Virus record (IMG/VR): IMGVR_UViG_3300045988_011856
Span: 1 to 55,862 of that record
Direction: 5' to 3' (one strand)
Length of the DNA: 55,862 bases
From: a virus
In this document: piece by piece, positions 42,850-52,359 of the stretch
How the letters are laid out: each line of letters starts with the position of its first letter
Position numbering within the stretch: the stretch's first letter is position 1
The notes under the pieces: generated by a model
Told to the model about the DNA's origin: nothing
Databases searched by the model: none
The model's input: only the letters and a program-made list of their open reading frames with translations
Translations under genes and position numbers: made by a program

Positions 42850-43077
42850 CTACAGATTAAATTTTGCAATCAGAATTTCTTTCAGTTCCGCACCGCTTGT
42901 TGCTTGTGCGTTTTCAATTCCCTGCTCTGCGGCAAGTTTCTGCAAGTCTGCGGTACTCATTCTGTTGATTTCGGTCTTTGTATATCCAACGGAAGATACC
43001 GGAGAATTACTCTCCGGCACCTCTTCTCCTGCGTTGTACCATTTACCATTATGAATCACTATATATGGATATTTCAT
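42850..43077 (-). CDS. small protein with Rho-N/SAP-like C-terminal motif
   Basis: STADLQKLAAEQGIENAQATSGAELKEILIAKF. Confidence 0.55.
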   Translation of the reverse strand: MKYPYIVIHNGKWYNAGEEVPESNSPVSSVGYTKTEINRMSTADLQKLAAEQGIENAQATSGAELKEILIAKFNL

Positions 43078-43089
43078 AGTTGCACCCCC

Positions 43090-44163
43090 CTACTCTTCGC
43101 TATGAACCTCATATACAAATGTGCTATCCATATTCTCGTATGATGGAAGTACAACCTCAGATGCAAATGTTGACATCTTCATAGGTGGTCCATACTCTGT
43201 CTTTGTAGCGACTGTAATACCTACACCATATGTTGTTACATCAACATCAGCTACCTGTCTTGCAGTTCTTTCTTCCGGTGTAGTGCCAAACCAAGTGCTT
43301 CCAAGGCTGCCTTCTGGAAGAAGTGTAACCTTGTTATCCGGGTAGAAGTACTGCTCTTTGCCATCATCATCAATGTACATCTTATCGTAAAGTACGATAG
43401 TGAGCTTCGCCCTCTTCTGTACCACCGAAATAACAGTATCATCGTCAACCTCAATAGTTGCTGTAAGGTTCTGTGCAAGAATTGAGTTTCTTATTTGTGC
43501 ATTGTCAAGCAGATATTGGAATGTATTGCTGTTCATAAGTGCGTATCTAGCAATCTTACCCTGCTTCTGTAACTTCTTTCTTGCATTGTTAAGGTCTGTA
43601 AGTGGCTTTGAATTAGCTGTATCGCTCCACATGCTTGTGCCGGATAACTTTGCGTAATGGTCTTTTGCGTATGAGCCATCCTTATCGTAATCATAAGCGT
43701 ACTGAACGCCATCACTTACAATAGCAATTACCGGATGACCTGCATTTGTAGAAAGAAGTGACATTCTCATGCGCTCCGGTACAACTTCTGCGCCGCTTAC
43801 GAGGTTGTTAGTGTCGTCATATACACTTGATAAAGCACTTGCAAGGTAAGGGTCGTCTTCTGATTGAATACGCTCGATTTCAAGCATTTCCTCTTCACCA
43901 ACTGTCATTCCCTCGCGGAAAAATGCCATCTTTGTTTTTTCCTTACTTAATCCGCCTCTAGCTCTAAGAGTTGGGATTGTGTCAAAATTAGATGGCGCAA
44001 GTGAAACCGGCAAACCCTTGTGTGTCTTAATCCAACTTAAATCAAGTCCCTGCTTCTTTCTTTCTGGAAACCACTGTAAACCAAGATAAGGTATCTGATT
44101 ACTAGCGTTTTCTGTTGCCGATAATGCGATAGACTTACTGTCTAATACTTCATTAATTAACAT
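43090..44163 (-). CDS. major capsid protein (lambda gpE-like family)
   Basis: N-terminal IPYLGLQWFPERKKQGLDLSWIKTHKGLPVSLAPSNFD pattern, plus size and position. Confidence 0.8.
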   Translation of the reverse strand: MLINEVLDSKSIALSATENASNQIPYLGLQWFPERKKQGLDLSWIKTHKGLPVSLAPSNFDTIPTLRARGGLSKEKTKMAFFREGMTVGEEEMLEIERIQSEDDPYLASALSSVYDDTNNLVSGAEVVPERMRMSLLSTNAGHPVIAIVSDGVQYAYDYDKDGSYAKDHYAKLSGTSMWSDTANSKPLTDLNNARKKLQKQGKIARYALMNSNTFQYLLDNAQIRNSILAQNLTATIEVDDDTVISVVQKRAKLTIVLYDKMYIDDDGKEQYFYPDNKVTLLPEGSLGSTWFGTTPEERTARQVADVDVTTYGVGITVATKTEYGPPMKMSTFASEVVLPSYENMDSTFVYEVHSEE

Positions 44164-44180
44164 CTATTTACCTCCTGTTA

Positions 44181-44534
44181 TTATTCAAATACAATCATTG
44201 GAAGAGCTGTCTTAACTTCTGCGTCATATGTAACGCCGGAATGCGCTTCTGCTACTTTCGTGTTAAGATATGCTTTCTTAAGCAGCACTCCTTGTGGCCT
44301 GTCCTCTGTTACATCAAATCTCAAAATACCCACTACCGTAGCCGTATTGTCAGCCTTGCCATTTGCTCCGATTGGAGTACCTGCTTTGACAATCTTCTTG
44401 CCCTGTGCGTTTTTAGTTGTCACGCCATCAAAATCAAGTGTTAATGGGATTGCTTCATTAGGCTCTCTCTTTAAAATCTGAACATCTCCTGCGTATAAAG
44501 TCTTTTCATACTGCATATTCATTTCCTTTGCCAT
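44181..44534 (-). CDS. head decoration-like protein
   Basis: Lies between the scaffold and capsid genes. About 117 aa. Confidence 0.55.
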   Translation of the reverse strand: MAKEMNMQYEKTLYAGDVQILKREPNEAIPLTLDFDGVTTKNAQGKKIVKAGTPIGANGKADNTATVVGILRFDVTEDRPQGVLLKKAYLNTKVAEAHSGVTYDAEVKTALPMIVFE

Positions 44535-44547
44535 TTCTTACCTCCTG

Positions 44548-45108
44548 TTATTGCTGAATGTAATGTGATAAAACGTCATTGTTCTTAGGTGCGTTAGATA
44601 TAAGGCTTTCTGCTATCTTTTCAGCATTTGTCTTATTATCTGTACCGGCTTTATCGCCGCCAGCCGTTCCACCGCCCGGATTCGTACTTCCATTTGCAAT
44701 CTCCTGCTCCTTGGCTTGTGCTGCGGCGGTCTCTTTTTCAGAGATAATCTTTCCAAGAACGTCATAATCAAAGCTGCCATCGTCTTTTACGATCTGTGCT
44801 GCCTGCTCTGCAGTAACATTAAATTTAGATGCGGCATTGGCTCTCTGCGTGGCTATTGCCTGCGCTTTTTCAAGTTCCGCGATCCTAGCATTTGCTTTTT
44901 CAAGGTTCTTGTTAGCCTGCTCAACTTCCGTAAGCTTTCCCTGTTCGATATCATCAAGCTGCTTCTGCAACTCTTCAGCTTTGTCAGCCTTTGTCTTGTA
45001 CTCGTCAACCTTTGCTTTGGCTTTCTGTACGGAACTTCCGTAATCTGCCATGATCTTGTCCGCGTTTTCCTCGCTTAATCCCATAGCAATCAGGTCTTCT
45101 CTTTTCAT
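44548..45108 (-). CDS. scaffolding protein (DUF4355-like)
   Basis: Coiled coil rich in A/K/E/Q, with the typical MKREDLIAMGLSEENADKIMADYG start. Confidence 0.75.
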   Translation of the reverse strand: MKREDLIAMGLSEENADKIMADYGSSVQKAKAKVDEYKTKADKAEELQKQLDDIEQGKLTEVEQANKNLEKANARIAELEKAQAIATQRANAASKFNVTAEQAAQIVKDDGSFDYDVLGKIISEKETAAAQAKEQEIANGSTNPGGGTAGGDKAGTDNKTNAEKIAESLISNAPKNNDVLSHYIQQ

Positions 45109-45223
45109 CCATTACCTCCGATATGTCATACGAATTTTTATACGGTGCAACGACACCGAACGACATTATTGATTTTTACGCTCACAACTTTGCGAATTTT
45201 TATAAAATAAAAACAGCCGCCGG

Positions 45224-46684
45224 TTACTCGGTGACTGTTTTATCTTTGTTTGTCTGGCTCTGTGTGCCATCTGTATTCATTTTATTTATCAATTCTTGTG
45301 CTTTCTGTTCCTGCGCTTCTACATCATCAATGGTTTTCCACAGATTATCCAAGTATGGCTTTGACAACAGGAATGTCTTTTCCGCATCTCCCCAAAGCCC
45401 AACAGATTTAATTGCCACAAGCGGATGAATACCGGCTTGTAAAAGCTGATATAATGTCTGTGACTTGGTATACATATTGTCTTGCGGGCTATGGTTAATC
45501 TGAACATCAAAGTCGCGCAAACTCAATCCTAAATCGTGATCCTGTATACGAATCACATTCAAAACAACTTTCGCAAGTCTTTTTTCAGCCGACTTTACAA
45601 TTGGGTCTTTCAGTTTTGCTCTCGACTTTGAAAAGTCCCATCCGTTTCTAAGTTCAACCGCTCCCTGTGTATCTCCACCGGAATTATTGTTGTTCTTATT
45701 CGGTATGGCAAGAATGGACTGTGCATTATCCCACAGATCATCCTTTGCAACTTGGCACTCTGTCTGATTCAACTCTTGTGTCATAATGTCAACATCTGAT
45801 TTATTATCTTTGTTGATAGACTTAACTGTAAGAGCGTGATTCATTTTCATTTTTTCAAATGTTTCTTCATCAACCTCGCAATTTACGAATTTTACCCAAA
45901 ACTGAACAAATTGCTCAACGCCATCCATTCGGTTTGACTGCATTGTATTGATTGCATCCAATAATCCGATCACAAGCTCAATATCAGAAATGCGTTCATG
46001 GTTGTTCGGAAACTCAACAATCGGGATTCCGCCAAAGCCATGTAGTTTCCAATCTCGAACCTCTCCATTTACAATCTTGCACTCGTAACAGTCCGTGTAG
46101 CAGAGTTTATACATCTGCCCATCGGCATCTTTAAGCTCTTGGATTGCTAAAAGTGGTTCTTCTGTGGATTGACTGTAGATAACAAACGTATTCATTGGTG
46201 TCGGTGCTACAATTCTAAATGGTATATCTCCATTTTTTGCAATCTGTACCGCCTTAAATGACGTTCCGGTTGCTGATTGCCACTCTCCTGCCTTAATGTC
46301 CTTTTCCTGCTTATTAGCATCGGTCAGATAATCGTTAAATTCATCAACCGCATTATTTATCCGATCATCATCTTTCCTGCTAATAAGCTGAATTGGCTCA
46401 CCGTAAGTCTGACCAACCTTGAATTGAACAATTTCATAGGCATGGTTTTCAGATACCTTATTGGTTATATCCGCATTCTGTATCTTTGTCCGGTACAATA
46501 CCGGCTGATCGCCTTTGTAATAGTTCCATAGATACCGGATAATCGTCTTGTTGAAATAAAATGCTCCAATGCAGTTTCCCACAACCTTTATAATGTTGTC
46601 TGCCGTAATGGTTTCAACATCCGTATATGCAATTTTTCTTCCGTATCCGCCTTTTACAAGGTCATGGAAATACTGTTTGTTCAT
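45224..46684 (-). CDS. portal protein (SPP1 gp6-like)
   Basis: Size, position and an SPP1-type portal sequence impression. Confidence 0.8.
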   Translation of the reverse strand: MNKQYFHDLVKGGYGRKIAYTDVETITADNIIKVVGNCIGAFYFNKTIIRYLWNYYKGDQPVLYRTKIQNADITNKVSENHAYEIVQFKVGQTYGEPIQLISRKDDDRINNAVDEFNDYLTDANKQEKDIKAGEWQSATGTSFKAVQIAKNGDIPFRIVAPTPMNTFVIYSQSTEEPLLAIQELKDADGQMYKLCYTDCYECKIVNGEVRDWKLHGFGGIPIVEFPNNHERISDIELVIGLLDAINTMQSNRMDGVEQFVQFWVKFVNCEVDEETFEKMKMNHALTVKSINKDNKSDVDIMTQELNQTECQVAKDDLWDNAQSILAIPNKNNNNSGGDTQGAVELRNGWDFSKSRAKLKDPIVKSAEKRLAKVVLNVIRIQDHDLGLSLRDFDVQINHSPQDNMYTKSQTLYQLLQAGIHPLVAIKSVGLWGDAEKTFLLSKPYLDNLWKTIDDVEAQEQKAQELINKMNTDGTQSQTNKDKTVTE

Positions 46685-46872
46685 ATAAACAACACTCCGC
46701 TACTGCATTCTCTCTTCCGAATTGGCTTAGTCTCAATCTTTCCGGTCGCAACTCGATAAATAACAAGATGGTTGCACTTTTTACATCTGCATGGGTGATC
46801 TATTGTTGACTTCCCATCGTAATGACCGGCTATTCGTCCACAATCTGGACAATATATTGTTACCTTTTTCAT
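46681..46872 (-). CDS. zinc-ribbon small protein
   Basis: CPDCG...CRCKKCNH. Trimmed to MKKVTIYC. Confidence 0.55.
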   Translation of the reverse strand: MKKVTIYCPDCGRIAGHYDGKSTIDHPCRCKKCNHLVIYRVATGKIETKPIRKRECSSGVLFI

Positions 46873-47014
46873 AAATCCTCTTTTCTGCACAACAAAAGAA
46901 CCGCCATTTCTGACGGTTCCTTACGAAAGGGTGATATTGAAACGAACTACTTGATCTTTTACTCTTTTAGTGTAACACACAAGTTTTAGGAAATGTTATG
47001 AATCATAGTGAACT

Positions 47015-47458
47015 TTAGTGAACTTTAGTGTTATCCCCGAGATATAATGCACCGAATTTTGTTTCAAATTCTCTTAAAGCCTTTTTGCGAAGCTTCATGG
47101 CATTTCTGTATGAGCAATCCATATCAACAGAAATCACGTTCCAATCCTTGCCATCAATGTAATGCGCGGCTAGGACGATATACACATCCGTATCCTCCAT
47201 ACTGTCAATCTGCCCTATAATCTCCCTACGTTTTGTAACAAGTCCTTCAACAAGGACGTTGATTTCATTCTGCAGGTCTACGATTTTTGCGACCGCGCTT
47301 CCTAACTTGTCTTGATCTCCGGAAGATTGAACATCAACTTCTTTTGGGGACACCGATATGGAAGTTGCCATATCCGACAATCGCTTGATTTCCGACAATT
47401 TATTCTTGATTGCATGGTCAGTTCTACTGATCTGTGATAAATATTCATTGGTTGTCAT
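47015..47458 (-). CDS. DUF1492 / sigma-70 region 4-like putative late regulator
   Basis: C-terminal YIVLAAHYIDGKDWNVISVDMDCSYRNAMKLRKKALREF resembles region 4 HTH proteins of Firmicute phages. Confidence 0.55.
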   Translation of the reverse strand: MTTNEYLSQISRTDHAIKNKLSEIKRLSDMATSISVSPKEVDVQSSGDQDKLGSAVAKIVDLQNEINVLVEGLVTKRREIIGQIDSMEDTDVYIVLAAHYIDGKDWNVISVDMDCSYRNAMKLRKKALREFETKFGALYLGDNTKVH

Positions 47459-47460
47459 GG

Positions 47461-49194
47461 CTAATACCCCCTTCTGAATGGATTTGCCGTTGCTTCTACT
47501 TTTGCTACTCTATTTCCTTTTGTCATTCGTAAAGCAAAGTTTGAAAATACATCTGGTACATCATCTAACTGTTTCTTTCCGGAAACCGAATACTGCTTTA
47601 ACAATGACATCATTACTCCATATGGTTCTTTAGGCGTGTACTTGGAAGAATCCTTGAATATGACGTGTTGTAATATCCAAGACGAACACTGAAAAATCCT
47701 CGCTTCCTTGTTGGTCTCGGTTGGCATATCAGTTATATTACATATCCAGCCTTTGCCCTCGACACGCTTATTTACTTCCATAGCCACGCGATCGCCGCCG
47801 GCATTACGCTCAAACTCGCATTCCTGCACTTTGTTATTCACAAGGACATTTGCGGCGTTCTCGTACTGCATTTCATAGTCTGCAGTATTGTCGCAAACAC
47901 AATCAACGCAATAGTAATCTTCTCCATACTTTTGCAGTATCGGCATAACGAAATAGTCAGTTCCTTTTCCTTTGGTGTCGCATTGTCCGGTAATAATCTC
48001 CGGTTCTCCGTGTGGAAGATTGAGAAACCTACGGATTTTATCGTCAGGAAACAACAATCCTTCACGCTCAATAGGCTCCTGCTTATAAAGGCACTTATAC
48101 GAGATTTCATCCATCAATAATTGCTGATCTTGAAAGAATTCGACCGTAAATCCGCTATATTCATAATCAAAATTGCTTTCTCCGGTATTGGGATCAATAT
48201 CCGGTACTGCAATAACCTTAACCCTTGGATTTCCTGCATACATATTTTGAATGCGCCCGATAACATCATTAACACTCCATCTTGTCGCAATATGGATTTC
48301 CTTGCAGTTATGTCCGTCTGTATCTTGGATTTTTCTCTGTCTGGCATCTACCGCGTATTTATTCCACAACTTGTCAAGGATCGTGGGATTTAACGCTTCT
48401 TCGATTCCTCCGATCATATCATCGACAAGAAGAAACTTTGATGCACGAACCTTACCGGCATTCTTACTTCCCACGGATGTACATTGAACCGATGGGAACG
48501 GTTTGTACTTTCCAACATTAAACTGCTCCATCTTCGCGTCCGTTCTTGTTACAGACAAATTTGGAAATACCTCGTTCCACGCATATTCATCCGGATTCGT
48601 TACAATTTCAATCATTCCATCGTAGTACATTCGCGTAATATCTCCGCTATGCGAATAAAACAAATTGAAATCATTTGGAAACCAACCTATGATAGCTGCG
48701 TTGAAAAACTTCTCGATCGTAGTTTTTCCTGCGCCGGGGATAAGTGATATGCAAAGAATATCGTATCTATCATCAATCATCCCTTGTAAGGCATCGACAA
48801 GACCAATTTTCAAGAAACATTTCCGTCTCGGCATATAAAACCGTTCTTTTGGCACTCTTTTCTTCTCGATGTACCGGAAAAAGCTATCAACAACTTTATT
48901 TTGCGCTTCAAGAAGCAAAGCTTCGTAGTATTTATCAAGAAATCTGTACGATGTTTTTGTTTCAAACACAAGTTTCTCGATTTCCCACATATCAGATATG
49001 CCTATATCGCTCTTACAAGCACTCTCAATCAGTTCTTTTGCCCTAGACGTACATTTAAGCAATACGTCACGGTTTTTTGCTTTATCAGCCATTCTGCACG
49101 TTTCTAAGTATGCATCAATTACATTCTCATCAACGCCATTCCGCTTAATGTAATTCTCGCAATCTTGTATCAACGATTCAATTTCTGAAATCAA
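47461..49194 (-). CDS. terL: terminase large subunit
   Basis: Walker A LIPGAGKTT. Nuclease half at the C-terminus. Start is TTG 49194 (GGAGGTG 7 nt upstream) or TTG 49239. Confidence 0.85.
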   Translation of the reverse strand: MISEIESLIQDCENYIKRNGVDENVIDAYLETCRMADKAKNRDVLLKCTSRAKELIESACKSDIGISDMWEIEKLVFETKTSYRFLDKYYEALLLEAQNKVVDSFFRYIEKKRVPKERFYMPRRKCFLKIGLVDALQGMIDDRYDILCISLIPGAGKTTIEKFFNAAIIGWFPNDFNLFYSHSGDITRMYYDGMIEIVTNPDEYAWNEVFPNLSVTRTDAKMEQFNVGKYKPFPSVQCTSVGSKNAGKVRASKFLLVDDMIGGIEEALNPTILDKLWNKYAVDARQRKIQDTDGHNCKEIHIATRWSVNDVIGRIQNMYAGNPRVKVIAVPDIDPNTGESNFDYEYSGFTVEFFQDQQLLMDEISYKCLYKQEPIEREGLLFPDDKIRRFLNLPHGEPEIITGQCDTKGKGTDYFVMPILQKYGEDYYCVDCVCDNTADYEMQYENAANVLVNNKVQECEFERNAGGDRVAMEVNKRVEGKGWICNITDMPTETNKEARIFQCSSWILQHVIFKDSSKYTPKEPYGVMMSLLKQYSVSGKKQLDDVPDVFSNFALRMTKGNRVAKVEATANPFRRGY

Positions 49195-49288
49195 AAAAGC
49201 ACCTCCGCAAAAGCAGAAGTGCCTTAAGACCTCTGCCAATAATTTTTGTTGGGTAGCGACTAACTCCGTTTGTTAGCCGGTAATATAT

Positions 49289-49447
49289 TTATTCGCATTC
49301 TAAAAGTCTGTCTTCTACAAATTGTTCTAATACGCTAAAGCCTTTTGGCTTTTCAATTCCTTTTCTTGCAAGTTCTGCAACTATTGTTTCCATTTCTTCT
49401 TTTACTCCTTGATAAGCAATTTTCATTCCGGATTTCATTTCGTCCAT
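49289..49447 (-). CDS. possible small protein (52 aa)
   Basis: GGAAAGGAAAA upstream. Below the track cutoff. Confidence 0.4.
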   Translation of the reverse strand: MDEMKSGMKIAYQGVKEEMETIVAELARKGIEKPKGFSVLEQFVEDRLLECE

Positions 49448-49476
49448 TTGTTTTCCTTTCCGCTGATAATCAGCAA

Positions 49477-49668
49477 CTAAACATTTACTAATTTATCTAC
49501 ATACCTTGTCATTTCAATTGTTGTTCCGTTTTCATCTTTTGTACTAACACAAACATGCTTGTCATCATGGCTTATCATATCTGTAAGTCTAATTTCTGTT
49601 TCATCATCTTTAAAATTGTAGCATTTTCGCATTTCTTCAATGCAATTATTCATTTCTGTTATTTTCAT
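49477..49668 (-). CDS. hypothetical small protein
   Basis: Intact ORF. Confidence 0.55.
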   Translation of the reverse strand: MKITEMNNCIEEMRKCYNFKDDETEIRLTDMISHDDKHVCVSTKDENGTTIEMTRYVDKLVNV

Positions 49669-49679
49669 AATCTTGCCCC

Positions 49680-49928
49680 CTAAATTCTTGCAACTACGTG
49701 TTCTTTTTCAAAATCTTTTTTGCCTTCATCGTAGATAGCTGAACCATTTTTATCAGTTTTCAGTTTATCAAATTCACAAGCAACCTTTATGCCATCCTTG
49801 TTACTGCATTCTGCGCGATAGTCAATAACACATACTTTCTTCTGCCATTTTCCATTGGCATAAATCTTTGTGTAACCGCCTTTTCTAGTTTTGATTATAA
49901 TTTTTGAACGTGTTTTCTTCATTTCCAA
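49680..49928 (-). CDS. hypothetical small protein
   Basis: Intact ORF. Confidence 0.55.
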   Translation of the reverse strand: MEMKKTRSKIIIKTRKGGYTKIYANGKWQKKVCVIDYRAECSNKDGIKVACEFDKLKTDKNGSAIYDEGKKDFEKEHVVARI

Positions 49929-50134
49929 TGCACCCTGAACCCTTTCTCCTCATATGCTTTCACGGCTTTATTTAGGCTATCAGAGTCTTCATATTTCTCA
50001 TACAATAAAATTATCGCATCATCCTTTTCGATCGCGTATATGTTGCAATCCGCAAGTCTCTTGGCTGATTCTAAAACCGCTTTTGATTGCCACCGTGTCA
50101 TTTCGTAGATGCGACTGCCGATATTAACAATCAT
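49919..50134 (-). CDS. hypothetical small protein
   Basis: Intact ORF that overlaps its neighbours. Confidence 0.55.
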   Translation of the reverse strand: MIVNIGSRIYEMTRWQSKAVLESAKRLADCNIYAIEKDDAIILLYEKYEDSDSLNKAVKAYEEKGFRVHWK

Positions 50135-50349
50135 TCTTCCACCAACTTTCTACCGCAGATAGGGCAATAGGCTATTTTCATTACCATTTCAACATTCATA
50201 TCTTTACTGCTACACACCGCAAAGGGTGGACATTTATTCAAGTCGCATGTAATTACAGGTTTATTTGACAACTTATCAATCTTAAATTTTCCATAATGTG
50301 TTATGATAGGAAATTTTTCCTCGCAAAATTCACACATATTACACCTCAA
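50131..50349 (-). CDS. zinc-ribbon small protein
   Basis: CNMCEFC...CPICG. Confidence 0.55.
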   Translation of the reverse strand: MRCNMCEFCEEKFPIITHYGKFKIDKLSNKPVITCDLNKCPPFAVCSSKDMNVEMVMKIAYCPICGRKLVEE

Positions 50350-50596
50350 TCAAAGTAAATTTTCTTATTTCTCTCGGAATCTCACGATGCAAAATGCCAT
50401 TTGTATCATAATATGGTTCGCATAATAGATGATTATGTTCTACATTTCCTAGATACACTTTGCTTGTTCTTCCGCCAATCGTGATTTCTCCGAAGAACAT
50501 TTCCCCTATTTCAGCCTTGAATCCGCTTACATCATATGGAGTTTTGCAATAAGGACACACCTTTTTATCAGTTTCAATTGGTGCGCCGCAATTCAC
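50339..50596 (-). CDS. zinc-ribbon small protein
   Basis: MNCGAPI...CPYCKTPY. Confidence 0.55.
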   Translation of the reverse strand: MNCGAPIETDKKVCPYCKTPYDVSGFKAEIGEMFFGEITIGGRTSKVYLGNVEHNHLLCEPYYDTNGILHREIPREIRKFTLIEV

Positions 50597-50735
50597 TCAG
50601 CTTGTCATAATTCACACCCCAATCATAGCAAAAAATCGGAATCCTCGTGAGATTCCGTGTCTTTTGTGTGATATAAATATTCCACAATGTTTTTATCATA
50701 CTTACACACCATTTTGCGTAAATATCAACCTCGAA

Positions 50736-50839
50736 TAGCGACACAGGGAATCGAACCCTGTCAGATCAAACCATGCCAACCGCTTTCAAATCTGCAATTT
50801 CTAATCACGGAAGGGTTTTCTGTTTCCAATAATACCGCT
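50736..50839 (-). ncRNA. aberrant tRNA-like element (104 nt; acceptor stem and T-arm only are canonical)
   Basis: T-arm CAGGG-TTCGATT-CCCTG. 7-bp acceptor pairing AGCGGTA/TGTCGCT (2 G.U). No canonical D or anticodon arm could be folded by hand. Confidence 0.35.
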
Positions 50840-50908
50840 ACCATCCATAAGTCTCCCATCGACCGGAACTATTGCAGTAGCACCCGACTAAGCGGAGATA
50901 AAGATAAA

Positions 50909-50991
50909 CGCAGATACAAGGACTCGAACCTTGACAGCATTTCTGCTGGATAGCTTAGCAAGCTACTGGAATACCATTATCCCATATCTGC
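50909..50991 (-). tRNA. tRNA-Ser (anticodon GCU), type II with long variable arm
   Basis: Acceptor GCAGATA/TATCTGC. Anticodon stem GTAGC/GCTAT with loop TTGCTAA. Variable arm CAGCA-GAAA-TGCTG. T-arm CAAGG-TTCGAGT-CCTTG. Confidence 0.85.
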
Positions 50992-51077
50992 AAATAATTT
51001 ATTGGCAGGACTTAGCAGCGCATTTTCTGTACCGCCCATTTAATCAAGCCTTGTCGCCTACTTGAACCAATAATTAG

Positions 51078-51149
51078 CTGGGATAGTGGGGATCGAACCC
51101 ACGGCATTCTGATTAACAGTCAGACGTTCTACCTCTGAACTATATCCCA
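51078..51149 (-). tRNA. tRNA-Asn (anticodon GUU)
   Basis: Full 72-nt cloverleaf. Anticodon arm TCTGA-CTGTTAA-TCAGA. T-arm GTGGG-TTCGATC-CCCAC. Confidence 0.9.
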
Positions 51150-51438
51150 ATAACCGCCGTTAAGCGGTTAGCAATATGTTTTACGTGCTATGCATTGCAC
51201 TATCTCGGGCACCGTGGGATAGATGCCCGAATCATAGTTGACTGCTATATGGATTGCACGTCTGCAAATTACGGAACGAATACCGCTCAACACCATATAG
51301 TCTTACATCAAAGACCTACCGGACGGTCTCGCACCGTCCTTAACAGAATCGTCCTAGTAGGCGGAGGACTCCGGATAGCATAAAAAGTAATGCCTACACA
51401 GAGTCAGAAACGTCCGTATGCAAACGATAACAGACGAA

Positions 51439-51510
51439 CTGGGTTAGCCGGACTCGAACCGGCAAATGCAGGAATCAAAATCCTGTGCCTTACCACTTGG
51501 CAATAGCCCA
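51439..51510 (-). tRNA. tRNA-Gln (anticodon UUG)
   Basis: 72 nt. Anticodon arm CAGGA-TTTTGAT-TCCTG. T-arm GCCGG-TTCGAGT-CCGGC. U1-A72. One C.A mismatch in the acceptor stem. Confidence 0.8.
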
Positions 51511-51754
51511 ATGTTTTTTCGTCCGCGAACATGATTCAAGCGCCAACGCCCAACTGCCAAGAATCATTGTCCGCGGACTTAAGCTATACCGGATGCTCTG
51601 ATTTCTCGCTCTGGTGCTCGGCGTCACTATCCAGATTGAGTAAATCTCCGGTGCTGTCCGGTTCCTTTGATTTTGTTATATGTATTCTTTCGACCACACT
51701 CAAAAATTGCGGCAGAAAGCAAATACCAAATATCGGATCATAAATTACCATGTA

Positions 51755-51913
51755 TTAACTCCACATCAAAAGTATGTTAGAACCAATCAGCAGGGAAAGA
51801 GAAATAAAACCAACTGTTTGCGCTTTGTTTTCTCGTTCTGTTATCGCAAAACTTAAAAGTAATGCGATCAGCAAAAAATCGAGCGTTGATATAATTGTTT
51901 TGATAATATCCAT
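51755..51913 (-). CDS. possible small membrane protein (52 aa)
   Basis: GGAGGTG upstream. Two hydrophobic segments. Confidence 0.45.
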   Translation of the reverse strand: MDIIKTIISTLDFLLIALLLSFAITERENKAQTVGFISLSLLIGSNILLMWS

Positions 51914-51943
51914 CTTTTACACCTCCGGCATATAATAAGCAAC

Positions 51944-52123
51944 CTATATAACGTTCTTTTCAATCATCTCTCTAAGCACTTCTTGTGCGCGTTCATGCGA
52001 CTCGTATTTTCCAATCTCAACGTCTCTTCCGTCAATGTGAAGATATATGTATTCTCCCCTTTGTGCAATAACGTGTGAATCGAAATCGAAAACAAAATCT
52101 CTTTTCTGCGAAACTACTGTCAT
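51944..52123 (-). CDS. possible small protein (59 aa)
   Basis: ATGA overlap with the upstream lipoprotein gene. Confidence 0.45.
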   Translation of the reverse strand: MTVVSQKRDFVFDFDSHVIAQRGEYIYLHIDGRDVEIGKYESHERAQEVLREMIEKNVI

Positions 52124-52359
52124 TCTGTATCTCCCACATAAACTCTTAATGTTCCATCAGCATTGTACAGTGGAGTAATCCCTCCATCGTAACGCGCTTG
52201 ATAATACATGACACCAGTATCCGGATCGACAATCACTCCACCACCATCCATATTTGTTTTATCCACCATAGATTCCGTTTTGTTATCAGCCGACCCGCAT
52301 CCAGCAATTCCAAGTGCAAGTGCTGCGCAAAGAAAAATCGCTAATACTTTCATCTTCAT
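52120..52359 (-). CDS. lipoprotein
   Basis: Signal peptide with lipobox LGIAGC. Trimmed to MKMKVLAIF after GGGAGGG. Confidence 0.7.
   Translation of the reverse strand: MKMKVLAIFLCAALALGIAGCGSADNKTESMVDKTNMDGGGVIVDPDTGVMYYQARYDGGITPLYNADGTLRVYVGDTE

Noticed and set aside
50687-50953. Plus-strand ORF of 88 aa, and ORFs 51195..51383 and 51531..51743.
   Set aside because: They run across tRNA genes or the GC-rich structured spacers on the opposite strand, and they have no RBS.
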